Assembly: GCA_046484625.1 (NCBI GenBank) | Contig: JAWOIO010000109.1 | Location: 1,842-65,841 of the forward strand | Length of the DNA: 64,000 nucleotides | Reading direction: 5' to 3' | Source of the DNA: Acidimicrobiia bacterium | GTDB taxonomy: Bacteria; Actinomycetota; Acidimicrobiia; IMCC26256; PALSA-555 | In this document: piece by piece, positions 26,496 through 36,108 of the stretch | Position numbering within the stretch: position 1 is the first letter of the stretch | Layout: each line of letters starts with the position of its first letter | Made by a program: the position numbers and the translations under genes | Notes under the pieces: model-generated | What the model saw: only the letters and a program-made list of their open reading frames with translations | What the model was told of the DNA's origin: nothing | The model's database searches: none

Positions 26496-27608
26496 ATGCC
26501 AACGGATGCGATCGGCCGGCTGAGCCGGCAGCTGCGTCGCTTCCTCCGGAAGCGGGGGGCGACCGACGCGGAGGTCGACCGGGCCGTCGACGCCGAGAAC
26601 CTCGCGCTGCTCGTGCTCGATCGCGAGATCATGCCGGGGGCGCGTCGCTACACCATGCACGAGCTGGCCCGGCGCGGCGGTACCGACATCGAGACCGCGC
26701 GCGCAGTGTGGCGAGCGATCGGGTTCCCGGACATGCCCGATGACCGCCCGGCGTTCCGCGACACGGACGTCGCGGCGCTTCGAGCGTTCTTGCGGACGTT
26801 CGCGAACCCGTGGATCGAGGACTGGTCGCTCGACCGGGCCCTCCGGCAGGCGCGGGTGCTCGGAGCGTCCCTCGCTCGGTCGGCCGATGCGGTGACCGAC
26901 GAGATCGCGGCCTCGTTCGAGACGGCGTTCGCGCGTGGCGTGTCCGACCCGCAGCTGGCCGAGGGGCTCGCAGAGGTCGTGGACTTCGACGGCGTTGCTC
27001 GCCTGGTGGCCCACGTGTTCCGGCTCCAGATGCGCGCGTCCCTGTGGCGCCGGCTGGCCGGTGCGAGCCCGGAGCTCCCGGGGACGGTGACCGGCTCGGT
27101 CGGCTTTGTCGACCTGGTCGGCTACACGGCGCTGGTCAACGAGCTCGACGCCGACGAGGTGGCGGCGCTGGTGAGCCGGTTCGGGGAGCTCACGCACGAC
27201 CGGGTGGTCGCCGGTGGTGGCCGGGTGGTGAAGACGATTGGCGACGAGGTGATGTTCATCGCCGACTCGGTCGAGGCTGCGGCGCACATCGCGGTGGATC
27301 TCACGGTGCACTCGCTCCGTGACGACCTCCTCCCCGCGACGCGTGCCGGGATCGCGACCGGGACGATGGTGTCGCGCGACGGGGACTACTACGGGCCGGT
27401 CGTGAACCTCGCGGCCCGCCTCACCGAGATGGCGCGTCCCGGCACCGTGCTGGCATCGGCCGAGATCGGTGAGGCGCTCGCCGACGACGAGCACTTCACG
27501 ATGCGACGTATCGCGGGCCGCAAGGTGCGTGACATCGGGCGGGTCGACGTCTTCCGCCTGGACCCGGCGCGTCCGCCGCCCGACCGTTCGGTAACGTCGA
27601 AGCCATGA
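26496..27608 (+). CDS. Class III adenylate cyclase with N-terminal helical domain of unknown function
   Basis: 370-aa ORF. C-terminal domain motifs GFVDLVGYTAL, VKTIGDEVMFIA, GIATGTMVSRDGDYYGPVVNLAARL. Confidence 0.75.
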   Translation: MPTDAIGRLSRQLRRFLRKRGATDAEVDRAVDAENLALLVLDREIMPGARRYTMHELARRGGTDIETARAVWRAIGFPDMPDDRPAFRDTDVAALRAFLRTFANPWIEDWSLDRALRQARVLGASLARSADAVTDEIAASFETAFARGVSDPQLAEGLAEVVDFDGVARLVAHVFRLQMRASLWRRLAGASPELPGTVTGSVGFVDLVGYTALVNELDADEVAALVSRFGELTHDRVVAGGGRVVKTIGDEVMFIADSVEAAAHIAVDLTVHSLRDDLLPATRAGIATGTMVSRDGDYYGPVVNLAARLTEMARPGTVLASAEIGEALADDEHFTMRRIAGRKVRDIGRVDVFRLDPARPPPDRSVTSKP

Positions 27609-28525
27609 AGTCTGCGATGCCGCTCGATCGAGCGGGGAACCGCCTGTGTGTGCTCGCGGTGCATGCCCATCCGGACGACGAGGCGTCGAAGGGCAGCGCG
27701 ACGATCGCGCGCTACCACCAGGAAGGGATCCGCACCGTGCTCGTGTGCTGCACGGGCGGGGAGGCGGGCGACATCCTGAACCCGGCCGTCGACACCCCCG
27801 AGGTGCGAGCCAACCTGCGCGAGGTCCGGTTGGCCGAGCTCGAAGCCGCAGCCGAGGTGATCGGCTACGACGAGGTGCACATGCTCGGGTACCACGACTC
27901 CGGTATGCCCGACACCGAGCCGAACGCCCGGGCCGACAACTTCGCGAACGCACCGCTCGACGAGGCCGTCGGTCGTCTCGTGGCGCTGATCCGGCGCGAA
28001 CGCCCCCAGGTGATCGTCAGCTACGCCGACGACCACTCCTTCTACCCGCATCCCGACCACATCCGGGTCCACGAGATCTCGGTCCCGGCGTTCGACGCCG
28101 CGGGCGATCCCGAGCGCTATCCGGAGTCGGGTGAGGCATGGCAGCCGGCGAAGATGTACTACACCGGCTTCTCCCGGCGTCGCGTGCAGGCGCTCCACGA
28201 CGAGTTCGTGCGACGCGGCGACGAGAGTCCCTACGCGCGGTGGTTCGAGGCTGGGTTCCCCGACAAGGACGAGCGGTTCACGACGTTCGTCGACGTGGGG
28301 GAGTGGCTGCACGCCCGACGTGCCGGGCTGCTCGCCCATCGAACGCAGGTCGACCCCGAAGGTCACTGGATGCGGTTGCCCGACGACGCGGTTCGGCGCG
28401 TGTTCCCCTGGGACGAGTACGTCCTGGCGCGCTCGACCGTCGACTCCATTCCCGAGGGCGACGTCGAGGACGATCTCTTCGCCGGGCTACGAGCCAACGC
28501 GTCGGTCGATACACTCCCGCGCTGA
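27605..28525 (+). CDS. mca: Mycothiol S-conjugate amidase (Mca/MshB PIG-L family)
   Basis: 306-aa ORF. Motifs AVHAHPDDE..KG..T.ARY, TGGE.GDILNP and HPDH, recalling Mca. The start overlaps the cyclase stop (ATGA). Confidence 0.7.
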   Translation: MKSAMPLDRAGNRLCVLAVHAHPDDEASKGSATIARYHQEGIRTVLVCCTGGEAGDILNPAVDTPEVRANLREVRLAELEAAAEVIGYDEVHMLGYHDSGMPDTEPNARADNFANAPLDEAVGRLVALIRRERPQVIVSYADDHSFYPHPDHIRVHEISVPAFDAAGDPERYPESGEAWQPAKMYYTGFSRRRVQALHDEFVRRGDESPYARWFEAGFPDKDERFTTFVDVGEWLHARRAGLLAHRTQVDPEGHWMRLPDDAVRRVFPWDEYVLARSTVDSIPEGDVEDDLFAGLRANASVDTLPR

Positions 28526-28590
28526 TCTGGACGGGACGCCGATCGGCCGCGCCCCGCGCACGCTCACCCGCTGACGACAGGGAGATCTCG

Positions 28591-28977
28591 ATGGCGAAGT
28601 ACCTCACCCAGGAATGGCTCGACGAGGGCCGCGAGCTCGCCAAGGACCAACCGGAACGACCGGGAGCGTCGGCGAAGATGCAGTACGCCCTCTCGGGTGG
28701 CCCCGATGGCGAGCTGAAGTACTACTGGGTGCTCGAGGACGGTCGGCTGCTCGAGAGCCAGCTCGGGGAGATCGCGGAGCCCGACTTCACGATGTCGATG
28801 AGCTACGACGACTCGGTACTCATCCAGAAGGGCGAGCTCGACGTCAACGCGGCGTTCATGCAAGGCCGGGTGAAGGTCGCCGGCAACATGGGCAAGCTCA
28901 TGCAGCTGATGCCGCTCACGAACTCACCCGAGTACAGGGCCCTCCAGGACAAGGTCAAGGAGGTCACCGAGTTCTGA
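28591..28977 (+). CDS. SCP2 sterol-carrier-like domain protein
   Basis: ATG at 28591 in ORF 28138..28977. C-terminal AFMQGRVKVAGNMGKLMQL motif. Confidence 0.7.
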   Translation: MAKYLTQEWLDEGRELAKDQPERPGASAKMQYALSGGPDGELKYYWVLEDGRLLESQLGEIAEPDFTMSMSYDDSVLIQKGELDVNAAFMQGRVKVAGNMGKLMQLMPLTNSPEYRALQDKVKEVTEF

Positions 28978-29012
28978 TCGACCAGCTCGACGCCGTGTTC
29001 AGAGGCGCCGGT

Positions 29013-29825
29013 TCAGAGCTGGAGGCGATGCATCCGGAACGCGCGGCTCGCCACGGCGCCGGCCTTCGCGTAGAAGGGGATCGGCGCGACCCACGCGATC
29101 TCGGCCTGCGCGTCGCCCCACGTCGTTGCGATGTCCTCGGCGAGCGCGCCGAGGATCGCGTGGCCGACCCCGTGCTGACGCCGACCCGGGTCGGTCGCCA
29201 TCGGCCCGATCCAGGCCCGCCGGTTGACCGAGTGCGCACCGAACGCGACCGTCACGCCCGACGCATCACGTGCGGCAAATGTCGTCCCGCGGCGGATTCC
29301 CCGCTCGATCTCGTCCACCCAGTGCGGGAACTCACGATCGGCGAGCTCGACCGCGCCGTCGCCGGTCTCGCGCTCGACGGTGATGCCCGGCGGAGGCCCG
29401 ACCCGGAACGAGGTGGGGAGCGACATGTTGAGGCCGTGGTCGTACGCCTCGAACCCGAGCTGCTGGAAGAACGCGAGTGCGGCGGTGCTCGTGAGGTCCA
29501 CGCCGGGCCACACGTAGCGGGGTGCGCAGTTCCCGGTGTGGATCTCGCCGACGCCGACTGCTCGGGCGCGGGCTGTGACCTCCTCCACCAGCGTTCGCCC
29601 GATGCCATCGCGCCGGCGGGTCGGTGCGACTGCGAGCAGCAGGATCCAGGCCGTGCTAACCGTCGCGAACTGCCGATGCGTCCAGACGACTGCACCATCG
29701 GGGCCACCGAGTGACTCGGCGCCGGGGCCGAAGCACGACTCGCGGAGATCGTCGACGCTGAGCGCGTCCAGGGGGAGCGCGACTTCGCAGAGTGCGTGGA
29801 GCTGTTCGGGGGTGACCTCGCTCAC
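29013..29825 (-). CDS. GNAT family N-acetyltransferase (two acetyltransferase-like halves)
   Basis: GTG at 29825 overlaps the upstream stop (GTGA). RRDGIGRTL and RQHGVGHAIL acetyl-CoA-binding-like motifs. Confidence 0.7.
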   Translation of the reverse strand: MSEVTPEQLHALCEVALPLDALSVDDLRESCFGPGAESLGGPDGAVVWTHRQFATVSTAWILLLAVAPTRRRDGIGRTLVEEVTARARAVGVGEIHTGNCAPRYVWPGVDLTSTAALAFFQQLGFEAYDHGLNMSLPTSFRVGPPPGITVERETGDGAVELADREFPHWVDEIERGIRRGTTFAARDASGVTVAFGAHSVNRRAWIGPMATDPGRRQHGVGHAILGALAEDIATTWGDAQAEIAWVAPIPFYAKAGAVASRAFRMHRLQL

Positions 29826-30658
29826 CGCGCGGATCGCTGGAGGTCGCGCAGCTCGCGGTAGCCGATCACCTGGGCACCGGCCCGGTCGAGGAGGTCGCGC
29901 AGGGACGGGTCGTGGCAGAGGAACGCATGATCCTCGACGCGGCCGGCCCAGTCGGGATGCGACGCGCGGAGCTCGTCGGTGTCGATCGCTGGGTGGAAGT
30001 AGATCTCGGTCACGCCCGGTCGGAGGTCGAAGAGCGCGCGCTCGGCGTGACGCCGTCCGCCCACCCCTGAATAGAGGACGAAGTGGTCGGGAAAGACGAT
30101 GCCCTCGGCACGTGCGAGCTCCCGGTAGGGGAAGCCGACCACGCGTTCCCCGCCGGCCGGCCCCATCCGCAGTGGGAGGTCGAACTCGACCGCCAGCTCG
30201 AGGTAGGCGTCGAAGAAGTCGGCCCGTAGCTGGAGCGTTCCCATGTGGCTGTCGAGATGGGTCACGTCGAAGCCCCAGAGGATCGCCCGCTCGACCTGGG
30301 CGCGCAGCTCGCGTCGGACCTCGTCGAGGTCGGCGTGGTCCCAGGAGTCCTCGAGGGTACGCGGGAAGCCGCCGTCGCCGTCGAGCAGGCTCGGTGCCTG
30401 CGTGATCGGTGCCCACCGGTACGTCTCCCACTCCGAGTTCAGCGTGAGATGCACGCCGACGTCGTCGCCGCGGTAGCCCGCAGCGGCGTCGCGTGCCCAC
30501 GGGCAGGGCACCATCAACGACGCGCTCGACGCGGCTCCGTTGCGCAGCGAGTCGTAGATGGCGACGTTGGCCGACCGGCTCGAGCCGAGATCGTCGCAGT
30601 TGATGATGACCAGCTTCGCGTCGGCCGAGTGGCCCAGTCGCTCGACGACGGCGGTCAT
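29822..30658 (-). CDS. ChbG/HpnK (YdjC) family carbohydrate deacetylase
   Basis: ATG at 30658 (MTAVVERL). Motifs LVIINCDDLG, GVHLTL, THLDSH. Confidence 0.75.
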   Translation of the reverse strand: MTAVVERLGHSADAKLVIINCDDLGSSRSANVAIYDSLRNGAASSASLMVPCPWARDAAAGYRGDDVGVHLTLNSEWETYRWAPITQAPSLLDGDGGFPRTLEDSWDHADLDEVRRELRAQVERAILWGFDVTHLDSHMGTLQLRADFFDAYLELAVEFDLPLRMGPAGGERVVGFPYRELARAEGIVFPDHFVLYSGVGGRRHAERALFDLRPGVTEIYFHPAIDTDELRASHPDWAGRVEDHAFLCHDPSLRDLLDRAGAQVIGYRELRDLQRSAR

Positions 30659-30712
30659 CCGTACAGCTTGTTGTCGACGCTGGTCACGGTGGCTCCTCGG
30701 AGGTCGCAGATC

Positions 30713-30763
30713 AGTGGGCGGCAGGTGGGTGGGTGGCAGGTCCGTGGGTGGCAGGTCCGCGGA
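30713..30763. repeat. 15-bp tandem repeat, about 3 copies, in a divergent intergenic region
   Basis: ggcaggtgggtgggt / ggcaggtccgtgggt / ggcaggtccgcgga. Confidence 0.75.
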
Positions 30764-30816
30764 TAGTGGTGCTGCGCGACCTCGGCGCGGATGGTACCGC
30801 CCTCTACGCTGACCCG

Positions 30817-31602
30817 ATGCGCCGCCGTCTTGCAGTTGCCGGGCTCGCGGTGCTGATCGTGACGGTCGCGACGGCGTGCAGCAGCGGGGGGTCCGGTTCG
30901 TCCACCGGTCCGACCACGACGCGGGCGACATCCGCCCCGGATTCGAGCAGCGGGTGCGAGTTCATCGTCGCCTCGACCGGGCGCCGGTTCCGCAAGGCGC
31001 CGGCCGACCTGCAGTACCTCCAGACGGCAACGGCCGAGCCGACCGAGTGCTACGACAAGATCACCTTCACGTTCGACCGCGGCGACGGTCCTGACCTGCC
31101 TCCGGGCTACATCGTCGAGTACCGGGACCCGCCGTTCATCGAGGGCATCCGATCGTCGAGCGAGGGCTTCCCCGCGGCGAAGGCGATCCTCTACGTCGAG
31201 TTCCGGCCCGCGTCCACCTCGGATCGCCGGTTCGCCGGTAGCCCGAGGCAGACGTACAAGGGGAACCTGCGCCTCCCGTTCCCGGCACTCGGCTCGTTCA
31301 GCGAGGGCGGCATGGGGCACACGGTGATCGTCGAATGGCTCGACAAGGCGCCGCCCTCGCTGCCGGAGGGGCTGGCGCCGGTCGAGGTGACGACCACCAC
31401 GGCTCCTGCGGATGCGGACCCGGCCGACCCGTCCCCGACCGTACCGGCCGACCCGTCCACAACGGTCCCGCCGGTCGAGTTCGTCCCCAACGATCCCGCC
31501 GTCACCCGTGTCGTCTGGCTCATCGGGTTGGACCGGAAGCGACCCTTCACCGTGGACTCGGCGAACCAGCCGTCGCGCGTGAGCGTCCTGATCATGCGCT
31601 GA
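30817..31602 (+). CDS. Lipoprotein of unknown function
   Basis: Internal ATG (MRRRLAVAGLAVLIVTVATAC|SSGG), which is a lipobox with Cys. Ser/Thr/Pro-rich linker regions. Confidence 0.65.
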   Translation: MRRRLAVAGLAVLIVTVATACSSGGSGSSTGPTTTRATSAPDSSSGCEFIVASTGRRFRKAPADLQYLQTATAEPTECYDKITFTFDRGDGPDLPPGYIVEYRDPPFIEGIRSSSEGFPAAKAILYVEFRPASTSDRRFAGSPRQTYKGNLRLPFPALGSFSEGGMGHTVIVEWLDKAPPSLPEGLAPVEVTTTTAPADADPADPSPTVPADPSTTVPPVEFVPNDPAVTRVVWLIGLDRKRPFTVDSANQPSRVSVLIMR

Positions 31603-31606
31603 GGTC

Positions 31607-32560
31607 TCAGGCGACGAGCACGATCTTGCCGAGCTTGGCGCCGGCGGAGAAGCGGGCGTAGGCGGCTGCGGCCTTCGCCATGGGCACGGTCGCCTCGATC
31701 GGGACGCGGACGGCGCCGCGCTCGAGGAGCGGGAGCACCGAACGCTCGAAGCCGCGCGCGACGGCAGCCTTGTCCTCGAGCGACCGGGCGCGCAGGGTCG
31801 ACCCGTGGATCCGTCCCCGGCGGCTCATCAAGGCGAGGAGGTCGAGCTCGGCGCGGGCGCCACCGCCCACTCCGATGATCGAGATGCGCCCCCCGGTGGC
31901 GAGGTGCTCCACGTCGCCGGCGAGGTTCGGACCCCCCACGAGCTCGAGTACGACGTCGAAGGGTCCACGCGGCCCGTGCTCGTCGGGCGCGCAGACCTCG
32001 ACCACGCCGCAGGCTTCGCCGATCTCGGCGACGTGGTCCCGGAGCTCGGGGGCGCGCACCGTGGCGACCACGTGCGCGCCGGCGCGGGCGGCGAGCTGGA
32101 CGCCCGCGATCCCGACGCCGCCTGCGGCGCCGTGCACCAGCACGCGCTCTCCGAGGGTCAGTCCGCACTGCGTGAAGAGCGCGTCGTGCGCAGTCGAGAA
32201 GACCTCCGGCGCCCCGCCCGCCTCGGCCCAGCCCAGGTCGGGTGGGACCGCGATCGCGTGTCGCTCCGGCACCACCGCGAGCTCGGCCTGTCCACCGCCG
32301 CCGGTGACTGCCATGACCCGGTCGCCGACGGCGAACCGGTCCACCCCGTCGCCCGTCGCCACCACCGAACCGGCGAGCTCGAGTCCGGGGATCGCGGCCG
32401 GCGCTCCGGGGGGTGCGGGGTACAGCCCGATGCGCTGGAGCATGTCGGCGCCGTTCAGCCCGGCCGCGCGCACCTCCACGAGCAGCTCGCCGGTGCCGGG
32501 AACCGGGTCCGGGTGCTCGCGCCACTCGAGCGCGCCATCGACGATCGTGACTGCATGCAT
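31607..32560 (-). CDS. NADPH:quinone oxidoreductase (zeta-crystallin-like MDR)
   Basis: ATG at 32560 (MHAVTIV). Motifs GLNGADM, VLVHGAAGGVGIAGVQLA, and GKIVL at the C-terminus. Confidence 0.85.
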   Translation of the reverse strand: MHAVTIVDGALEWREHPDPVPGTGELLVEVRAAGLNGADMLQRIGLYPAPPGAPAAIPGLELAGSVVATGDGVDRFAVGDRVMAVTGGGGQAELAVVPERHAIAVPPDLGWAEAGGAPEVFSTAHDALFTQCGLTLGERVLVHGAAGGVGIAGVQLAARAGAHVVATVRAPELRDHVAEIGEACGVVEVCAPDEHGPRGPFDVVLELVGGPNLAGDVEHLATGGRISIIGVGGGARAELDLLALMSRRGRIHGSTLRARSLEDKAAVARGFERSVLPLLERGAVRVPIEATVPMAKAAAAYARFSAGAKLGKIVLVA

Positions 32561-32623
32561 GGGCCCATTCGACCACGTGCAGCCGGCGGCCGGAGACCGG
32601 GGCGGGAGCGGTACCGTCGCCGG

Positions 32624-32983
32624 GTGCCCGTCGACTCGATCGGCTTCCTGGACGACGACGGCAACGAGGTCGTCCTCGACGTCGAGGAGGCGGAGTCGCT
32701 GTGGGCGCTCGTGGGAGGCCTCGACGGCGCGACGGTGTCGGCCTGCCCTGGGTGTCGGAGCCGTGTCCTCGCGTGCGTCGCAGTGGTGGACCTGCTCGAG
32801 TCGGCGCCACCACATCCCCGGGCGCGTGACCTCGCTGATCTGGCCGACGACGCGCCGACTCTCCACCTCTACGTCGAGGACCTCACCGCGGAGTGCCGAC
32901 ACCGCGCCTGGCGGGACCCAGGGGCCCAGGAGTGGCGCGACGCGCTCGACGAGCTCCTCGGCGAGCCCCGCGGACTCCGCTGA
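32624..32983 (+). CDS. Hypothetical protein
   Basis: GTG at 32624 in the frame of ORF 31805..32983. High GC3; contains CPGC. No family recognised. Confidence 0.4.
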   Translation: MPVDSIGFLDDDGNEVVLDVEEAESLWALVGGLDGATVSACPGCRSRVLACVAVVDLLESAPPHPRARDLADLADDAPTLHLYVEDLTAECRHRAWRDPGAQEWRDALDELLGEPRGLR

Positions 32984-33009
32984 CCCGACACGGCGGGCGT
33001 GGGGCCGCG

Positions 33010-33594
33010 TCAGCGATCGATACGAGGTCGCTTGAACTCGTTGATGTGGGTCACCGGGAGCAGCGCGAGCACCCGCGCGAGGTCGTCGACGTCCTCACGC
33101 TGCATCAGCCGGACGAAGGCGGCGTCGTCGCCCTCGATGAACGTCGGGACGCCCCACACCCCCCAGCGCTCGACGCCTTCGATGTGCTCCGCCTCGAGGG
33201 TCTTCAGCGGCCGCCCGCTCGCGACCTCGTCGGCAAGGGCGGCGGGGTCACCGCCGGCGCCGGCGATCGCGTCGTGCAGCACCCCCGCGTCGTCGATCTT
33301 GCGCCCGTGGTCGTGGCGGGCGGCGAACAGCGCGAGGTGCACGGCGGGGAAGACCTCGGGGAACGCGTCGCGCGCCGCGATCCCGTACAGGAGCGCGAGG
33401 ACCCCGCTGCCCCACTCCGCGGGATCGCGCTCCCACATCGGCGGCTCGTCCTCCCCGACGTGAGCCTGGTCGAGGGAGAACGCGAGGTAGCGCGGTTGGA
33501 GGTCGAGCCGCTCGGCGCCCGCCATCAGGGTCGCGTTGCCGTTGTAGGCGAACGGGCATCGGTAGTCGAAGGTGACGGTGATGGTCCGGGTCAT
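33010..33594 (-). CDS. DsbA-like thioredoxin-fold protein
   Basis: ATG at 33594 (MTRTITVTFDYRCPFAY). Motif GVWGVPTF near the C-terminal half. Confidence 0.7.
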   Translation of the reverse strand: MTRTITVTFDYRCPFAYNGNATLMAGAERLDLQPRYLAFSLDQAHVGEDEPPMWERDPAEWGSGVLALLYGIAARDAFPEVFPAVHLALFAARHDHGRKIDDAGVLHDAIAGAGGDPAALADEVASGRPLKTLEAEHIEGVERWGVWGVPTFIEGDDAAFVRLMQREDVDDLARVLALLPVTHINEFKRPRIDR

Positions 33595-33602
33595 CGGGCT
33601 CC

Positions 33603-34130
33603 TCAGGTGGCGATCCGGCGCGCGGCAGGTGCGAGCGCCAAGCCGAGCGCGGCGCCTGCGACCACGTCGGACGGATGGTGGAGGCGGACGTAGACGCGGC
33701 TGCACGCGACGAGGCCGGCAAGGGTGAACCAGGCGGGCGCGCTGCGACGGCCGTGCGAGAGCACTGCCGCGCACATGAACGCGGTGGCGGCGTGGCCCGA
33801 CGGGAACGACGACGTGACGGGCCGACGCATCTTGAAGGGGAGCGGTTCGTCGTGGGAGTAGTGGTCCTGGGGGCGGACTCGCCGGAACAGTGACTTCACC
33901 AGCCCGTTCGTGATCGCGGACTCGATGCCCAGCGCGGTGCTGAAGCGCAACGCGACGCGAGGGTCACGACGCGCGACCGCTCGCCCGATCCCCACGACGT
34001 GCCACAGCATGCCGTGGTCGGCCGCGCTCGAGAGCCCGTAGAACAGCCGGTCGAGCGCCGGCGAGCGTCGCGGCTCGAGCCACTTCTCGATCGCCTCGTC
34101 GAATTCGCGCGCCCGATCGGTCAACGCCAT
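33603..34130 (-). CDS. PAP2 family phosphatase
   Basis: 175-aa ORF. Motifs K...RR.RP, PSGH, SRVY...HHPSDV. Confidence 0.8.
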   Translation of the reverse strand: MALTDRAREFDEAIEKWLEPRRSPALDRLFYGLSSAADHGMLWHVVGIGRAVARRDPRVALRFSTALGIESAITNGLVKSLFRRVRPQDHYSHDEPLPFKMRRPVTSSFPSGHAATAFMCAAVLSHGRRSAPAWFTLAGLVACSRVYVRLHHPSDVVAGAALGLALAPAARRIAT

Positions 34131-34139
34131 GACCCGATG

Positions 34140-35090
34140 CTACCGGTGAGTCTCCGGTGCTCCCAGGTCCACGATCGGCCCGTAGGTGTCGGGTCGGCGC
34201 GTCGTGAGGAACGGGAAGAGCGTGAGCCAGTCGCGACGGGCATCGAGATCGAGGTCGACGACGAGCACGCACGGCTCGTCACGGGGCGCCTGTGCGAGCA
34301 CCCGCCCGTACGGGTCGCACACGAACGACGACCCGTAGAACTCCAGCGGGCCTTCGGTGCCCACGCGGTTCACCACGATCATGTGCAGACCGTTCGCGAT
34401 CGCGTTGCCGGTGATCACGCGCTCCCACAGCGGTTCGGTGTCGAAGTCCGGGTGACCGGGCTCGGACCCGATCGCGGTGGGGTAGACGAGCACATCGGCA
34501 CCGGCGAGGGAGTACGCCCGGGCGACCTCCGGGAACCACTGGTCCCAGCATGTGGGGAACCCGAAGGTCGCGTGCTCGACCGGGACCGGCGGGTAGCCGT
34601 CGTCGCCGGGCAGGAACCAACGGTCTTCGTAGTAGCCCTCGGTGACCGGGAGGTGCGTCTTGCGCGTGTGTGCGAGCAGCGCACCGTGGGGGTCGACGCA
34701 GATCGCGGTGTTGTACCCGAGGGTGGAGCCGTCGGCGTGCTCGTAGAGGGACGCGTGGACCGCGACGCCATGCCCGGCGGCGAGGCGGGTCACGAAGGCA
34801 TGCGTCGGACCCCCGACGAGCGGCTCGGGCGCGATCGCGACGCCCAGCACGTCGTGGCCGGGGCCACCCGGGTCGACCGCGAAGTAGGGCGAGAGCGTCA
34901 GCTCCATGAGGCAGACGATGCGGGCGCCGGCGTCGGCCGCGGCGCGTACGCCCTCGGCCAGCGCGGCGGCGTGCTGCTCGGGATCGGGATGCCAGCGATG
35001 CTGCACGAGCCCGATCCGGAGCGGAGCCCGGGCGGGTGGGTCGACCCGGGCGGGGGACGGTGCCAGCCCCTCGGCGACGATGACGTGCAT
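34140..35090 (-). CDS. Carbon-nitrogen hydrolase (nitrilase superfamily)
   Basis: ATG at 35090. Glu (CLMEL), Lys (RKTHLP) and Cys (FPTCWDQWFPE) catalytic-triad contexts. Confidence 0.85.
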   Translation of the reverse strand: MHVIVAEGLAPSPARVDPPARAPLRIGLVQHRWHPDPEQHAAALAEGVRAAADAGARIVCLMELTLSPYFAVDPGGPGHDVLGVAIAPEPLVGGPTHAFVTRLAAGHGVAVHASLYEHADGSTLGYNTAICVDPHGALLAHTRKTHLPVTEGYYEDRWFLPGDDGYPPVPVEHATFGFPTCWDQWFPEVARAYSLAGADVLVYPTAIGSEPGHPDFDTEPLWERVITGNAIANGLHMIVVNRVGTEGPLEFYGSSFVCDPYGRVLAQAPRDEPCVLVVDLDLDARRDWLTLFPFLTTRRPDTYGPIVDLGAPETHR

Positions 35091-35154
35091 CGGCCCATTG
35101 TGACGCTCGACGCGCCGCGCTGCGTCGAGCGCCAGGTTGCGTCGAGCGGGGTGG

Positions 35155-35997
35155 TCAGGCGGTGCGGAGCGCGGGCTCGGGCGCGACCGCGTCGGCGAGG
35201 GCGCCGCGCAGCTCGACCGCGCGGTCGGGGTTGCCCCCGTGTGCCGGACAGTAGGCCTTGAAGGAGCAGAAGTCGCAGAGCCGGCTGGGCTTGGCGCGGA
35301 AGTTCTCGCGCTCGCAGGCGCCCTCGATCGCGGTCCACAGTGCGCTCGTGCGGCGCTCGACGCCCCGGCAGGTCTGCTCGGTGGGGGTCGCGATGATCGC
35401 TTCGGGCTTGGACAGGTAGAGGAGCTGGACCCTGGCGGGGCGACGCCCCAGCATCTGCTCGCAGAGCAGCGCGTAGATGTGGACGCCACCAAGGCTCTTG
35501 GCCTCGAAGAACTCGGACGGCACGCGCCCGGTCTTGTAGTCGGTGACGACCAGCTCGCCGTCGCCGTCGAGCTCGAGGCGGTCGATGATGCCGCGGACGC
35601 GCACGGCCCCGAGGTCGGCCTGCAGCTTGAGCTCGAGCCCGATCGGGTGGATGGCCGTGGGGTCCTCGAGCTCGAAGTAGCGCCGGACGAGGGTCTCGGC
35701 GTCGGCGTGGAAGGCGGCCCAGCCGTCGTCGTCGAGGTCGAGGAGCGCGAACTCCGGGTCGCTCGCGAGCTCGGCCCGGGCCCGGTCGAGGTCGGCGAGC
35801 GCGGCGTCGACCGAGCGGTCGTGGGGTGGTCGGCACATCAGCAGCTCGAGGGCCCGGTGCACGAGCGTGCCCTTCGAGGCGGCGGCGGACGGCGGCTCGG
35901 GGAGCCGGTCGAGATAGGAGAAGCGGAACGCGAGCGGGCACTCCTTGAAGCTGGAGATGGAGCTGGGGGAGAGCGACTTCGGAATCTCGAGGGCCAT
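35155..35997 (-). CDS. PD-(D/E)XK nuclease, RecB/Cas4-like with C-terminal Cys cluster
   Basis: ATG at 35997 (MALEIPKSLSPSSISSFKECPLAF). Motifs GIIDRLE...VVTDYKTG and C-terminal CDFCSFKAYC. Confidence 0.8.
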   Translation of the reverse strand: MALEIPKSLSPSSISSFKECPLAFRFSYLDRLPEPPSAAASKGTLVHRALELLMCRPPHDRSVDAALADLDRARAELASDPEFALLDLDDDGWAAFHADAETLVRRYFELEDPTAIHPIGLELKLQADLGAVRVRGIIDRLELDGDGELVVTDYKTGRVPSEFFEAKSLGGVHIYALLCEQMLGRRPARVQLLYLSKPEAIIATPTEQTCRGVERRTSALWTAIEGACERENFRAKPSRLCDFCSFKAYCPAHGGNPDRAVELRGALADAVAPEPALRTA

Positions 35998-36108
35998 GTG
36001 GGGCACGGTACCGGAGGCGTGTGACATCGACGAGGACCTGCGTCCGCAAGGGGTCGGGTACCGTGCCCGGGCACGGAGCCGCGACGGGGAACGGAAGGTG
36101 GACGCTCG

